A stretch of 60,408 nucleotides of DNA, filler included, from Sphacelaria rigidula (GCA_964200075.2; 9 parts of 9 records of this genome joined end to end with filler, not necessarily neighbours in it), one strand, 5' to 3'; counted from the first letter of the whole stretch, positions 35,457 through 48,918 are shown. Numbers and translations: made by a program. Notes: generated from the letters alone by a model not told the origin.

Positions 35457-37419
35457 GTCTGGAACTTGAAGTCCCAAAACGCCCCGCAGTATTTGTAGAC
35501 CCTCTGGTTCGTTGAACTCGTGCAATCTCGTTCAACCATATTGCCGTATATCAATTGTTTTGGCTAGGTTATTTCATTTTTTCTTGGACATCTGCAGTGG
35601 CGTGCTGATGAACCATCCCGGAAGAACTCGTGCATAAAGCCGTTGGTAGCACTCTGCTTGGGTTGTATGTAACGCAGTGCAATGCGGCGGGAAACAACGC
35701 AATACCACGCACAGACAGGACGACAAAGCCTACCTAGTCCATGCTTACTATTTACTGTTCCGCGTAATTGTGATTGAGGCAATCCGAAAAGAGAGTACAC
35801 GCATACCCTGGTGCAGTTGTTTTTGCTATTAAAACCAATGAGGGCACGCAACTGTGAAGCAGCGCGGTTTTGTTGTTTTGTACTCGTGGGAAGAAGGGCC
35901 GTGTTGCGGTGTGGATTTTCTCACATTTGTGCAAAGCACACTATTTACCATATATAAATGGAGTGACGCAACAAAATGACACCTCAATCCTCTTCACAAA
36001 AAGAACATCACGGAGGCGCATGCTACCTCTTTGGAGATCATGCCGGAGTTGACTCTACACAAACACGGTTGGACACTATGTCATGGTTCGATACTCACCA
36101 CCTAGGTAGGAAGGTGCCAGTTCAGTGGGCACCGGGGGCTAGCGGGCCCAAACACAATCATTAGTATCGAAGCCATTGAGCTCGATTTACCATGTGGGGA
36201 GTCAACCCACGCACCAATGATCAGGCACCATGCCCATGGCTCACGACGGAGACAAGACCCATATGGTGCGTGCAATGCGGGCTTACATTGCGTAAAGACC
36301 AAAGACTCCTCTGAGATAGCAGTCAGTGATAGTGTTGATGCTTCTTGTATTATTGGCAACCGGCTGGTAGCTGCTAATCGCGCGTTGAGATAAGTTCCCA
36401 AAATACTGTGGGCCGAGTAGGGGACCACTGTGGAAGCCAATCAGACTCAGAATGACCCATGACCTGTCGGGCTAGACAACTCAAGAGTATGACATATGGA
36501 ATCTACTCGACTGGACAACAACCGATAAATCCGGAACATTAGGGTTACATGGTCGAAAGCGGTTGCGAATCCCACTGGACAAAACAAATGAAATTTCGAT
36601 GGTCCGTTGAACCTCAAATAAATGTTAAACCTCAAAAACGAATCCAGGCTGTCGGCTAGTTAACTCTTAGACCGCGAGGGTATTCCACCTTACTGGATCG
36701 GCATCGATATTCACCTGGAAAAAGTATTCTTGATCCAAATAGGCTACGTTTTAGAATGGTTGACACAATTTCACAAGTATCGCTACCCCTTACCCTAAGC
36801 CCGACCCAACGGATACCGGAGATCCTCGGGCAAAGGCGTAACATACTTTCTAAGGCAAAGTGCGGCCTTGGTAGACCCCAAGTCGACGCCTGCGGCGCCG
36901 ATTTCAACGAAAACGCGTTTTGTGCACGGGAGGAGCACACGGGACTGTTAGCCCGTGAATATTCCGTTTCTCGTCGTCCACACTCGAATCAAGTGATGTC
37001 AACGATTGTTAAACGCAACCCAACGCCGGTAAACTCTACTGGATCGACGTGTGATTATTCAACAAGCTACATGACAACGAAATGGGCACAGTCGGCAGTT
37101 TGTGTAGGCCAAGCCCTCTATCATGAAAGGGGCACGGATGGGATAGATGTAGTGATCTACTGTTACATGCCGGAAAAAAAGGATCCCGATGTCCCACGCT
37201 CCAAGTACGGGAGGGGTGGAACAGGAGCGGTGGTATAGACAAGGCTAGTTTGTTGGTTGGCTCGGTTACCCGTGAAGAGTTGTACAGATAGTTTATTCAA
37301 GCAGGTCAGCCAGTCTGACTGCGGTGGTGGAATAAAGTGAGATGATGTGCGAGCCACATACCCCATGTCACCAAGCCAAGACTTCACGTATGTAACGGAA
37401 CGCCTAAATGCGGTGTAAC

Positions 37420-37900
37420 ACCCTACACGTGTATCCAACCATATCACCACACGTCACGTCAGTCACCACATCGCAGATCCTTGTCGTAGACCTCTCCAAA
37501 GATACTCAATTACTCCAACACCCCCCCTAATCTGTAATCTTTGGACTCAATATATCATGAGAAAATATATCATAGAATAATATTGCCCATGCAAAAAGGG
37601 ATCTTTTCCTCCTCTTACTCATACGTATAAAATCGGAACAATCAAACGCAAAAACAAATCAGTCGCACACTCTCCTGCTCAACACACAGTCTCGACCCAG
37701 TTGGGGAGATGAGCAACTGAACACTTACCATCTCAACCCAACCTAGCCCGGCTGGGGAGATAAAAACACACAGCTCGGACATTCTGAAGGCACGTACCGA
37801 GGCGACTCTCGAGGCATCAAAGGTGAGCGTCCGCTGATTCAAAACCAAGCGGAAGAATCAGGAGAAGATGTCCGCTCCTCCTCCCGATCCAAAAACAATC
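37420..37900 (-). mobile_element. LTR retrotransposon 3' end remnant (3' UTR, PPT, LTR start)
   Basis: Minus strand TTAGGGGGGG|TGTTGGAG with the LTR starting at 37520, a copia-like PPT/LTR junction. Outer limits approximate. Confidence 0.5.
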
Positions 37901-40239
37901 GTAAAACATCCTGCACTCTCATGGTCACTTCCAAGATTCAATCTCTCTCATCCAAGAAAACAAATGTAATGCTATTTCCAGGTACAGATAGACCATCGAA
38001 CGTTCATTCCAACCCGTAGTGAAATTTCCTCACTTAAATAACTGAAAAACAACCAGCACGCATCTGTAGTACTTTCACGCTACGTCAGACGGTAGCAGAA
38101 AACTCAGAACAGAACAAAATTATTCCGTTTTTCTGCACCCCGTATCATGTCATACTGTTTTTACTATACCCACATCAGAATCCTACTGTATTGCAACATA
38201 TGCGAATTTCCCCCCTGCCATGCATACTTCACCACAGTCAACATCGCTGCTATCTACGCAATCAACACCGCTGCTGTTTACGCAGTCAACACCGCTTCTG
38301 TCTACACAGTGACCCCCCCTCCTTATTCGTTTCTCGAAACAAGGAAAGGGCATAATAGCATAGTGTCATGAAGATATTGGGAATCCCAGTAGACAAGATT
38401 GCAGATATGTTCATAGTTGGTCGGGTTCGGATGTGTGCTTGTATATTTGTAAAAGATGGCGAGATATACCGGCCGGCTGGGACCGACATAGCTCGCCCAT
38501 CCTCCAGCACATCAACTGCTCCCCTCTGCTAGCCAGCAAAAGGAAGTCTAACCATCGGTGAGAGATATTGGCTGGTCTGGGTTGGATTGATTGAGTGGGT
38601 ATCGGAGTTAGAATCAAGATAATTAAGAGAGAAGTAGTGAAGAACTTATTGCGTGAACCTCGTCTGATATTTGGATACTGAGCAGGTCACACGGTATCTA
38701 CAAGTTTTAACAGCCTGACGGTTGTACACTTGCCTGCCAAGCTTGTGCCTTGGGTTGCAAGCTGTGTCCTTGCATTATACTGCCGCTTGCTCTTTATCAC
38801 ATTGGCGTTTGACTCAGGAGCTTCTTCTTTGGCTATTGTGTTTCTTTCTTGTACCGAATTGTATCCCTGGCTGCCAGCTGTGTACTCCAGCCTTTTGATC
38901 TTTTGCCTTTTTCCCTTCGGAGTTGTAGTCAAACCTACCGCGAGGTGGTCAGTAGCTCTCGAGCTGCTGCCCCGTGTGTCCCTCGGTAAAGTGTATTCGT
39001 GCCCTGCTACTTGCAATTGCTGTAGCGTTCGACGCCACATCTTGTGTGGTCAACGTGGGGTCAACGCGCACTGCTTGCTGTTCTTGCCGTGCTGTCAATT
39101 CGACATCACCTGCACAAGCCTCAACGATATCAGTCCCGCCTGCACGACTTTTGAATGTTTTCTTGATTCAACAGCCCGGCGCGACCCCCGCACCAAGCCA
39201 TCGTTGGCTCGTGTATTTGGCCTTGTGGCCCCCTTTCCTTCTGCAGAATAAATCTTCTACTACAGGTTTGTACAGAACACCAGTGTACAAAGGCGCACTG
39301 TTGTTCATAGCCAGCCGCTGTTCTTGACCTGAGCTCCTGCCAAGCTGGCACGCCGCTGCTCTTATTTTTCAGTATCAATTGTACGCGACTGTTGTATCTT
39401 TCCTTCATGAAATTACTGAACTCAGTACAGACCGTGTTCACACAGTGTGATAACGGACGTTTGTACCGAACTTTGGATTGTTCCGGCACTTTACCTTCGT
39501 TGCTCGAGCGACCTTGTTCTTGTTGTAGCTTTAGCTTCGTTGCTTGTGGCTACTTTGTTCTTGTTGTCCTCTTGTGTACTTCGCACAGCCGTAAGGCAAC
39601 GCGGTACATCACCGTGGAAAGTAGCAATACACATCATAACGTACTGTGAGTTTTCTCCTTTGAAAACTTCTTGAACGAATAACTTTATTGTTCCAAGACG
39701 GTTTCGTTGAAATACTACTAGTTGAAACATTTCAATCTCCGTTACGTGCTTATTTGAACAGACAGCACTCGAAATCGGTGCCCCTTGCCTGTGCACTACA
39801 ATTTTTTCGGCACCCGCTCCCAGCGTTGCCCCTGTTGTGCATCACATCACCATTGTTCCACATACATACGTTGTCTCAACTTCGTTGGATAATACACCTT
39901 CGCTCTGCACTACGCAGTCCGAGTTCGCGGTCTATAACCCAAGCTTTGTAAAAGCTTTTGTGCTGCCTTACGCTGCACAGTTTTCGTGCGCATCAGAGAA
40001 AATATATCTATAACTTTGGTTATTTCCATTTGCACACCGCCAGCCGTTCCTCAACCTGTGCTGGGATCATACAGTTATAGTTTATACCCGTGACGCTACA
40101 TCCGGAACACGTGTAAGTTGTTCTTCCACGTACCAACGCTGCTACTGACACTCGGGTCTTCGCTTGTCTTCGGCGACATACAACAGCAAATTGTGAGAAT
40201 TGAGGTTTAACTCTGAATTGAGGCTCAAGTGGGCAACCC

Positions 40240-40339
40240 NNNNNNNNNNNNNNNNNNNNNNNNNNNNNNNNNNNNNNNNNNNNTTAATTAATTAANNNNN
40301 NNNNNNNNNNNNNNNNNNNNNNNNNNNNNNNNNNNNNNN
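40240..40339. other. Artificial contig spacer
   Basis: 44 N + TTAATTAATTAA + 44 N. Confidence 0.99.
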
Positions 40340-41528
40340 ATGTCCCTCACCGACCAAACGCCCTACAATGTCCCCTAGCTCGACTCTGTACACGACTCAC
40401 CCTACCCATGCGGGCGTCGGTCCTCAGCCTTCCGGGGGTCTTCATGCTGGGACCCCCGGAAGCCGGTAGAGAACGGAGAAGCCATGATGTATTGTCAAGA
40501 ATACAATTTTTTCATTTTGAGCATCAATACCTGCGGAACTGTCGAGTTTGAGGGCGATCTGAGCTTTTCTACAACAAATATAGGGGACACCGTCACGAGG
40601 CTTCCTGGGTCTTTCGTGCGTATCATTAGTGGAGATTAGACGACGCCAACACCCGACATCACCGAAACATCACGGTTTCAGGTATAATTCGACCCCCGTA
40701 GTAACCGTTTAAAAAATATGTTTTTCTCGTTAATTTCCCGTGTCGATGACGGTTACAACGATTTGAAGCATGTAGAGATTGGGTGAAAATTGGGCGTGGT
40801 ACTTGTAATTTCGATCTCGGAACAGTTTGAAGGGCGCTGATTGGCTGATACACATTTTCCTCCATGGAGCCACCGCTACGGCCTTAAACAAAAATCCGGC
40901 TATGTCTCTCTCTTCGTCTCTTCATTGCGGTCAGTATGATGCCATAGATGTGACTATTGGGTGCGTACAGCGGAAGGCATTTGCTAATTACACAATTTTG
41001 GGTGATCACCGTGAACCAGCCTGTAGTAAGAGCAAGATCATACAAGGTCCTTTGAACCATTCTACACTAGAGAGATGGGGGTTTGTACGGTATGATGGGA
41101 TCCCCGAGTAATTACACGACCTCACACCAGTGGCGCGCGTCTATCGGCCAAACGCGTTGTCGGGCGTTATCAATACGTGTGTTATGTTGGTCCTTAGTTC
41201 GGTCAAATGAGGTTTGACGATTGCAACGAAACCTCTGAAGTGACTGCCTAGACTCCTTCGTAAGGGAAGTGGGTCGAACCTCCACCCACCCCCTCCCTCC
41301 CGCCAACCGTAGGATCAGTCCCATGCAATAGTTGTTGGCATAAACACACGGGGCCGGCAACCGATCAACGTTCACAGAAACTATGCCAGCTGATGGTGGA
41401 GCCTTGGTGGTAGCCAGCAGGATGGAAAAGAATGCCTGCATCTGATCCAACCACATGTATTTACCAGTACCCGGGATCTGACAGACTCCAATGACATGAT
41501 TTTTTATCGTAATGCCTACATCACTCAC

Positions 41529-42362
41529 CACAAGGACGCGCTCTTCGTACTGCGAGATCTCCACGGTTGCCGTCTCGCCATGGGGGGCAAAACGTCCCGG
41601 GACCATCTTCAGGATCTTCTTCAGCATCTTTTTCGAGGTCCTCTTCATGGCGACACGTTTACTCTTGGGCCCATCCAGTCGTTTACCCGTGAGCCCTTCG
41701 AGTTCGGCCTCGAGGCCAAGCTGTCGTACCACCGTCGACCATGTCTCCAGCGCAAACTCTTTGGTGACGAAGTTGTGCTTTACATAGCCTTCAACGGGCT
41801 TGATAGGTTGACCGTACGACTGTACCGCCACGGCAGGCTCCCCGCCCTCGTGCAAGGCCGCCGCCATAGCCCCCACCCTGGCCCAGGACACCGGGACCTT
41901 CTGGCCGACATTGGGGAACAGGCGTTTGCCGTACTCATCCAGGCCACCTTCTCCAGCTAGCCTGCAGATCTCATCTCGCAGACGGTCGAGACCTTCCTTC
42001 CTACAGCCGGAGGCTTCTACGACACCGCACACAATGAGGGACGGGGCTGTCTGCGCAGTACCGCCGGGACCCTGTTCGATAGTGAGTCCCGGCGCCTTTT
42101 TCGTGCCGCCCCACTCTTCGCGCTTGAGCTTCAAGTGTCCGCGGACCTCCTCCTCCAAAAAAGCTAAAGCTGCCACGGCCTTCGCATCGTCGCCGCAGAA
42201 GCCATCCGCATGGGTTGCGACGACAAGGACTGCGCATCCAGGCACGCGGCACAACAAAACGTCCAGCCAGGTGTACACTGCTTCCCCTCGATGAGAAACA
42301 TCCTTCTGGAATCTGAGCAGGTCCACCACCAGAAGCATCAGAGCTCCGCTGGTGAGATAGAT
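41529..42362 (-). CDS. ROCO protein exon: C-terminal ROC GTPase and N-terminal COR domain
   Basis: 834 bp, CAG acceptor, GTGAGT donor, phase 0/0; IYLTSGALMLLVVDL, WLD.L..RVPG, LVVATHAD (G4), VEAS (G5), GLDRLR, VGQKVPVSW. Confidence 0.9.
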
Positions 42363-42915
42363 CTGGTCGTGCATTGAAAATACATGAGCATATCGCGGGA
42401 ACCGAAGAGAGTACGTCAATATCGTGTCCGGAAGCGCAAAATCCGCAGTCCTCCGGCAGGTTGTGACATAAACCATCTCTCCACGGACAATCTACACAAT
42501 CTCAGGCATTCAGTATACTGCCGTCAAGGACCAGCAACCGACTCTGTCCACAAAGCCGTCAAGATCAAGACACAAATTATTCACACCAGTTGTTTGCGTG
42601 GATGCGATATTCAACGCGCACTACACGACAATATTTGCAATGCAAACACCCCGGTACTGACAGTGGTTGCGACTCCAGGAGGCTGATGCTGAAGGAAAAA
42701 GGGATTTAGGCAACAGCCGTCACTTTGATGGCCCGGTCGTTGCCTGCACCCAACAATCGAACATGAAGTCACTTTCTGGAACCTGTTTGACCCATCGTGA
42801 CCCAATATCGTCAAAAGCGGTTCACTGACAAGCAAGGATTACAACCCAACCACAGCAGCAATTCGACAGATAACGTCAGCCCAACCTAAAAAAAAACAAA
42901 AACAGCAGCCCTCAC

Positions 42916-43298
42916 CTGGTGCGTTGAGTAGTACTCCACGTGTCCCGCAAAGTCCCACATGAGCACCTCAAGCGGCTCCGCAGAGTTCGGCCTCCACGGC
43001 TGTATGTGCACATCGACGCCCCTCGTGCGCTCGCTCTCCGCCGTCGGAGCCGGCTTGCCTTTCCGCAGACCCCTTGCTAGGGTCGTTTTCCCGGCGCATA
43101 CTGCACCGACCAACACTATCTTCAGCTCATGAGCGGTGGTCGCGCCCGAGCGTGCCAGCGCCTCGTAGTAGCTGACGATTTGTTCCAATCCGCCGTCAAC
43201 AACCTCAGATGGCGGATCTATCCATGAATTGTCGCGCAGAAGTACTATCTTGAGCTTGGGAAGAAGAGCAAGCCTCTCAGCCGTAGCCCTGGATATGC
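42916..43298 (-). CDS. ROCO protein exon: last LRR and N-terminal ROC GTPase
   Basis: 383 bp, CAG acceptor (phase 1), GTGAG donor; LPKLKIVLLRDNSWIDPPSEV, LKIVLVGAVCAGKTTL (P-loop), RTRGVDV, WDFAGHVEYYSTHQ; splices in frame to IYLT. Confidence 0.92.
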
Positions 43299-44657
43299 CT
43301 GTACGCGTTCACACGAACATTAAAAAAGGAAATATATTTTTAATGCTAACCAGAGGGATTCACATGCACAGTAAGGAATGATTCACAGCAATACCAGTGG
43401 TCACAGAAGTGGTCGTGAAAACTGTCCAAGGTACACCCTAGCGACCTGTGCGATTCGCAACGTATCGATCGTTCAAATGAGTGACGAATATCGCACACAA
43501 AGTCGTGCCCCCCCCTCGAGCGGAATTCTTCCTGTCATACAGTGATCATACAAGGTGGTCATATACAAACGCTCCTTACTTTTGTTCCCAAGACAGCAGA
43601 CTCCGACGCCGAGGAAAGAATCCACACATCTTTATACCCGTACTAAAGCAGGTCATTACTAACATCGATTTGGTATTCATACACCGTGCTGTGCGGTGAG
43701 GGCGATACATGAGTCAAACCAACAGTCAAGCACCATAATACTGTAGTATCAAATTTCGAGGATTACAGCGGCCATGGTTTTCTCCCCCCCGTCAGTAGTA
43801 CACTACCCCCGGCAGCACGTCCACCTGAAGTATAGATATTTCTAAGTTCCTTGCTACTCGACCAAAGGAATTGCGGAAAATCATCCGCGACTCATACCCA
43901 CCGTTCTGCTTGCTGCTGCTCCGTAATTCCTTCCCTCTTTCACCCATTTCGCGAGTGAAAAGCAATACATTCGGGTGTGCTAGATAGCAGAAGACGTTGC
44001 TGTGACACCGTAGAAGATATGCACCAATAAATAGCCCATCAATTCAAAACTACGTGCTGGCGATCTGCTGAATCTATACCCTAGACGGGAGAAGGAGACG
44101 GACGCTGCAGCTGCACTTTTCATACAGTACCACAGACTAGTACACTGGTATTCGCGATCGCGCTTCTATAGTGGACTGTCTTTCGGCACGGGTGATACTG
44201 TCAAAACTGAGTCACCTCTCACGTTTCAAGAATACTTGAGGCGAAGTACGAGCAAGACCAGCCAACGAGTTTCTACTTTCAGATGACAGATGACCACGGC
44301 TGGATCCCTGAGAATTCAGTTAAAATGCAACAACCAATCAATCAATCAATAAATCAAAAGCAAGATGACGCACCGGATATTAGTAGGAGTTTGGCGCTGA
44401 AAATTTGGCATGATATTCTCAACATGAATACGCGGAATATATTTGAGCAATGATGAGGAAAATATTTGAGCAATCATGAAAAAAAAACAGTTGAAGCGAT
44501 TTTCAATTTCAGCGAAGGAATATGACGTCATATAACTTCATGAAAGAAGCACTAAAATTATCGCTACCTCGAGCACGAATTGTTTTCTTACATGCAGAAG
44601 ATCGCTGTAAAATTTCAACGAGAAAATTTCAAGCTCGGCCACGTGTGCAACTTTGTG

Positions 44658-44918
44658 TAGAGTGATGCTACGGTAGGGGTGCACAATTTTCTTCTGAGGT
44701 TAGAATTGTTAGGAGCCCTTTTTCTCATGCAAGACACGACCTATGAAAATATGACAAAAAACGCCAGGATTACTACTCCAACGTGCTGGGGATATCCCGA
44801 ATGAATTTGCAAACGGGGATGCCCTGAACCATATTTTTGTGCATCTAGAATCGTTAGGAGCACCTGAACTAGACATAGTTTCGCGAAAAAAGTGCACCCC
44901 TACCGTAGCATTGCTCTG
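44658..44918. mobile_element. Tc1/mariner-like MITE
   Basis: TIR core ATGCTACGGTAGGGGTGCAC / GTGCACCCCTACCGTAGCAT; right end ...CTCTG|TA; second copy starts after TA at 14180. Confidence 0.8.
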
Positions 44919-44935
44919 TATGACGTCGCTGCCCC

Positions 44936-45000
44936 CCGGTGGTCAAAGTGATGAAGGAGATTCCACTACTGTGAGGAGGTCACGAGTTCGACATCACCTT
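44936..45000 (+). repeat. tRNA-derived SINE-like head
   Basis: GGTGGTCAAAGTG (A-box-like) ... AGGTCACGAGTTCGACA (B-box-like) at tRNA spacing. Confidence 0.4.
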
Positions 45001-45499
45001 TAATTCTTTCATTTGTGCATGATCTGCGCAGATCGTTTCTTGGCATGATCTAGTTTCCATCCTTTATGTAATTTCTTATAAAGAACATTTCAGTTTCGCT
45101 TGAAAAGGGTGACTTCGGCACTCTTGTACGATACTCTAATCCTTCTCGCCTCAGTGCAGTTTGGGCTTCTCACCTACGCCCATCTAGAGCACTTTCCCGC
45201 TCCTTGGAGACCCAGTTGCAACAAACACCATGAGTACCCTTTTCTTCAACTGTGACGAAATGATGACGGTCGGCGATTGGATCAAGGATACGCGTTGCGA
45301 CCCAGCCCTCGTTGGAGAAAAAACAAAGCTGATGGTGATTCTCTGCTGCTATACCTCTGGGTTCACAATTATTCGGGTGTATAGTTTGTGTTTAGGATGA
45401 TCCTTTGGAAACTCCACAGGCGATCGAAATATGTTCGAAAAGAATACCAACACATCTCCCGGTCACGATGAATGGCCTCGCTCATCCGCGACACAACTC

Positions 45500-45945
45500 C
45501 CTCCGCAATTTGAAAAATCTCGTGTTGAAGGGGGAGTTCGCAAGACTGGCAAAACTTCTCTCGTATACGGGTGAACGGGGGTCGAAACAAAACAAAAACA
45601 CGGGATCTTCGCGAAACAATGTCTTTGAGGAATAGCGGGGCTAAATATCACGGCCGGAAAGTGCATTAGCAGGTTTTTGCCGAAAATATAGCGATGCTCT
45701 TCTATGATGTAATTCAGATTCTGAAATCTCATCATGACCAACGAAACATCTACCCCGGAATTGATAAAAAATCTCGTGTTCAACGGAGGTTCTGAGCAGC
45801 GTGGAAGACCATTGAGATCGCGAAAAAACGGAGGTCGAAAATATTCGGAATAAGCACGGGATTTCGCACATTGAAGGAATTTCGTTTCAGGATGAGCGAA
45901 GCCCGGACATCACGGCCGGAGGGTAAATTTGCGTTTTTTTTTTCG
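45500..45945 (+). repeat. Diverged tandem duplication, period about 255 bp
   Basis: AAAAATCTCGTGTT...GGTCGAAA...CACGGGAT...TCACGGCCGGA occurs twice in order (from ~45514 and ~45768). Confidence 0.75.
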
Positions 45946-46013
45946 ATAATATTTCAAGGCTTTCGAAGGTCCCCTAGGCTCCTCCAAAGAAAAGGAAGAT
46001 GATGCAAAAATTG

Positions 46014-46195
46014 CACACCTTGGACAATATATGGTCAAGAGTTGCAACAGACAAGAAACGTACTGCATAAAGTATAGGACTATTGCAACTATTGTCGACG
46101 GTCGACACGGTCGACAATAGTTGCAATAGGTCGATACTTTATGCAGTACACTTCTCGTCTATTGCATCTTTTGACCATATATTGTCCAAGGTGTG
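46014..46195. mobile_element. 182-bp almost fully palindromic MITE (CACACC TIR family)
   Basis: CACACCTTGGACAATATATGGTCAA / TTGACCATATATTGTCCAAGGTGTG; inverted symmetry continues to the centre; AAAATTG duplicated on both flanks. Confidence 0.9.
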
Positions 46196-46962
46196 AAAAT
46201 TGTGAAATCCTCATTTTCAACAAAAACTCACTAGCCACGAGCTGGGCCAGCCAAAAAGGGATTTAAGCTCTCAAAGCAATATCTCATCGACATGGACGAG
46301 TTGGGTCATGATCCGCATATCGTATCAATCGTCTAATCAATGCCCATCTGCTCAAACGTTGGGGTCAATTTTTTTCTCGTTGGTTTATCCCCATATCTGG
46401 TAAGTCCTGTACCGTACGGAGATAGCGTCCACACTAAAATCTATATGAAACCCCGAAAGATGCGTTCAGCGGATGATGACGATTTTTGGTGTTGACCTTC
46501 CCTGGAGCACGAAGAGAAGATAGATACCCTCACCTTCACCTAATTCGTGATCTATCTCGAGATATGGCGCACATGAGGTCCTATGATGAATCAGTATATT
46601 ACGAGTAGAGGCACTAGATATCAGTTTTCGGAGTTGTGCCATGAACTTTGGTATGGAGAACCGCTAGTGCATTATGTAATAAAGAAAACAGCTTCATTTC
46701 TTTTTCCAAAATTTAACTGTATTTTAGGGGATTTTTGAGGAGAAATGAGCATTGCTGTTGGGCACGAACTCAATTTTTTAGCTCACTTTTTGAAAATGTG
46801 ACCTGAAACTTAGCATGGAGAACGACAGAGGTATGCTGGATGAAAAAAATTGAATGGGTCTTCGTTTTTTCATGGGGGGGGTGGGGGGGGGGGGGGGTGA
46901 TGTTGTATCTGCTTGCCTTTTTCTTCAGCCAAAGCTCCCCACTTTCGTCAAAAGCCGGGGCG

Positions 46963-47062
46963 NNNNNNNNNNNNNNNNNNNNNNNNNNNNNNNNNNNNNN
47001 NNNNNNTTAATTAATTAANNNNNNNNNNNNNNNNNNNNNNNNNNNNNNNNNNNNNNNNNNNN
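46963..47062. other. Artificial contig spacer
   Basis: 44 N + TTAATTAATTAA + 44 N. Confidence 0.99.
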
Positions 47063-47074
47063 CCGTTTGGAACC

Positions 47075-47173
47075 AAATACAAGCGCAACGCAAGTGGGGA
47101 AGGATGTCTGACACACGTATGAGCCTCTTTTTTCGTGAAACCAAATACCCCCCCCCCCTATCGTAGGATGACT
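47075..47173 (+). repeat. End of a Harbinger-like MITE family member
   Basis: Matches 2672-2772 and ends CCTATCGTAGGATGAC, the family TIR. Confidence 0.7.
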
Positions 47174-47753
47174 CCTCCAATGAAATGCTTCATTTTATAA
47201 TGCTAACACTTCCAGAGATAGGCGCGGGTTACACTGCCTCATGGGTGTTTCAGAATTTGAACACCAAGTACGACCATCCCCTTTGCGCGGAGTTGGGGTC
47301 CTCCACCTCGCACGATAAGTAAATACTCAACACGACCATGGTCATGGCTACCACCAAAAAAAGAAGCACGAGCGAACCCTCTCACCCTCTCCCGTTAGAC
47401 TGATTACCCAGCTTACGCAGTGAGTGGCGTGTTCTACAGCGTCGTTGCCTACCGACGCCAACCCTTGAAGGGGGGCTTGGGAGCGGGAAGGAGGCGTCTT
47501 CTCGACCTCTTGTGCGAACTACGAACCGCGATCCGATCTTACCGAGGCTTTTTGCTCGTCACTGGCCGAACACGCTTGTTCGCAGCACAGTGAACACCGA
47601 CTGGAAAACCATGCGGCGCATCTACATGAAAAACATTACCCCCAAAAAACGGCTCAACTGCTCATTCGATCCCACACTCGATCGCTCTAAGTTCATACAT
47701 ACCATCGCCTAGGGTACACATGCCCCCCCCCCCCCCCCCCGTCCTCCCCCGAA

Positions 47754-47850
47754 TGCTCCCTCTCGAAAGGGATGCGTCGTCAATGGTCAAACGACCAAGG
47801 CAAGCAACAAAAGCGAGTACGCCCCCTCCCCTCCCCTCCCTCCCCTCCCC
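47754..47850 (+). mobile_element. Short LINE 3'-end copy between C-tracts, intronic
   Basis: Matches 25226-25290; C-runs at 47723-47750 and 47822-47850. Confidence 0.85.
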
Positions 47851-47862
47851 GATGGTACCCAC

Positions 47863-48024
47863 CTGATCAACGGTAGGACGGTGGTAGCACCAGTTCTCCA
47901 TAAATTGGGAAGGCAATTCCACCGCATCCCATTCCACGCCGTTGATACCCGCAACATCTCCGTCGACCATTTTGGTCAGCATGTGCTGCAGCCCGTGCCC
48001 AAATTCGTGGAACAATGTTTCCAC
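47863..48024 (-). CDS. Oligopeptidase A (peptidase M3A) exon with the catalytic HEXXH
   Basis: [17 protein letters not shown]...[24 protein letters not shown]; 162 bp, CAG/GT, phase 0/0. Confidence 0.95.
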
Positions 48025-48918
48025 CTGTGTGCATTATTCAAGAGAGTTACCGCCAGGGCATACCAAAAACAAAAAACATCTATATATGTACGAAGTAGAT
48101 TTAGAAACATAGGTCTAGAAAAACAAACTTCGTACATGAGAATCTACGTAGTCTATTATATCAAACTCATACATGAAAATCATGAGAGACAGACTACTTT
48201 TAGTAAAAATGAAAATAAAACCGTTCGGCTTCCGCCCCATACCACTCGAAGTACGCGCTCTCTACTTGTGTGATGTTAAAAAATCCCCATTTTACGGAAA
48301 ACCATCGCGCTTCGATCCTTGAAAACACTAACAGGTTCAGTAAGCAACAAATGTGCGACGATCAATCACTCAACCAAATCAATCAAGGACCAATCAAGGC
48401 CACTAGCTGGTTTTCCAAAAATAGATCCATATATGTAAATATATATGATACATACGCGATTATATGTATATATGCACAAATACATAAACATATAAAAAAT
48501 ATCCATGAATATACACCAAGATATATATGCACACATACAGACATACGTACATTCAAATATTCATCTTCACATATATGTATATGAAGATATATACAAATCC
48601 AAATATGAAATATATCTTTCACCGCGTCCCCCAAAATCGTATCATGTCACATGAGGAGCGTGCGCTCAAAAATGCGCTTCGTATTCCTCAAATATCTCAC
48701 GTGTTGCAATAAAATACAAAAAAGTTACACAAGACATCGTGCCAATATTTTGGGGTTCGGGACTCTAGTATCAGCTCACGATCATAATCACTATACATAA
48801 ACAAACGAGTATTATCATCATTTTATCATGTATTTTATAAATGGAAAATTGTCAAATAATATTCCATTCGTGCACCCACACCTCGAAGTGAAGGCACTAT
48901 CTTCCCCCCCCCCTTTAA

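Noticed and set aside
34905..35554. Cys-rich ORFs
   Set aside because: Reverse-strand readings of a CAA/CAG low-complexity tract.
41112..42476. 454-aa ORF as a complete protein
   Set aside because: Only 41529-42362 is exon; both ORF ends are intron read-through.
43826..43890. Possible upstream LRR exon of the ROCO gene (DDFPQFLWSSSKELRNIYTS)
   Set aside because: In-frame stop just upstream, no good acceptor and a poor LRR consensus.
47512..47712. 'FARHW' ORF as the next oligopeptidase exon
   Set aside because: It is on the opposite strand to the gene and lacks further similarity.
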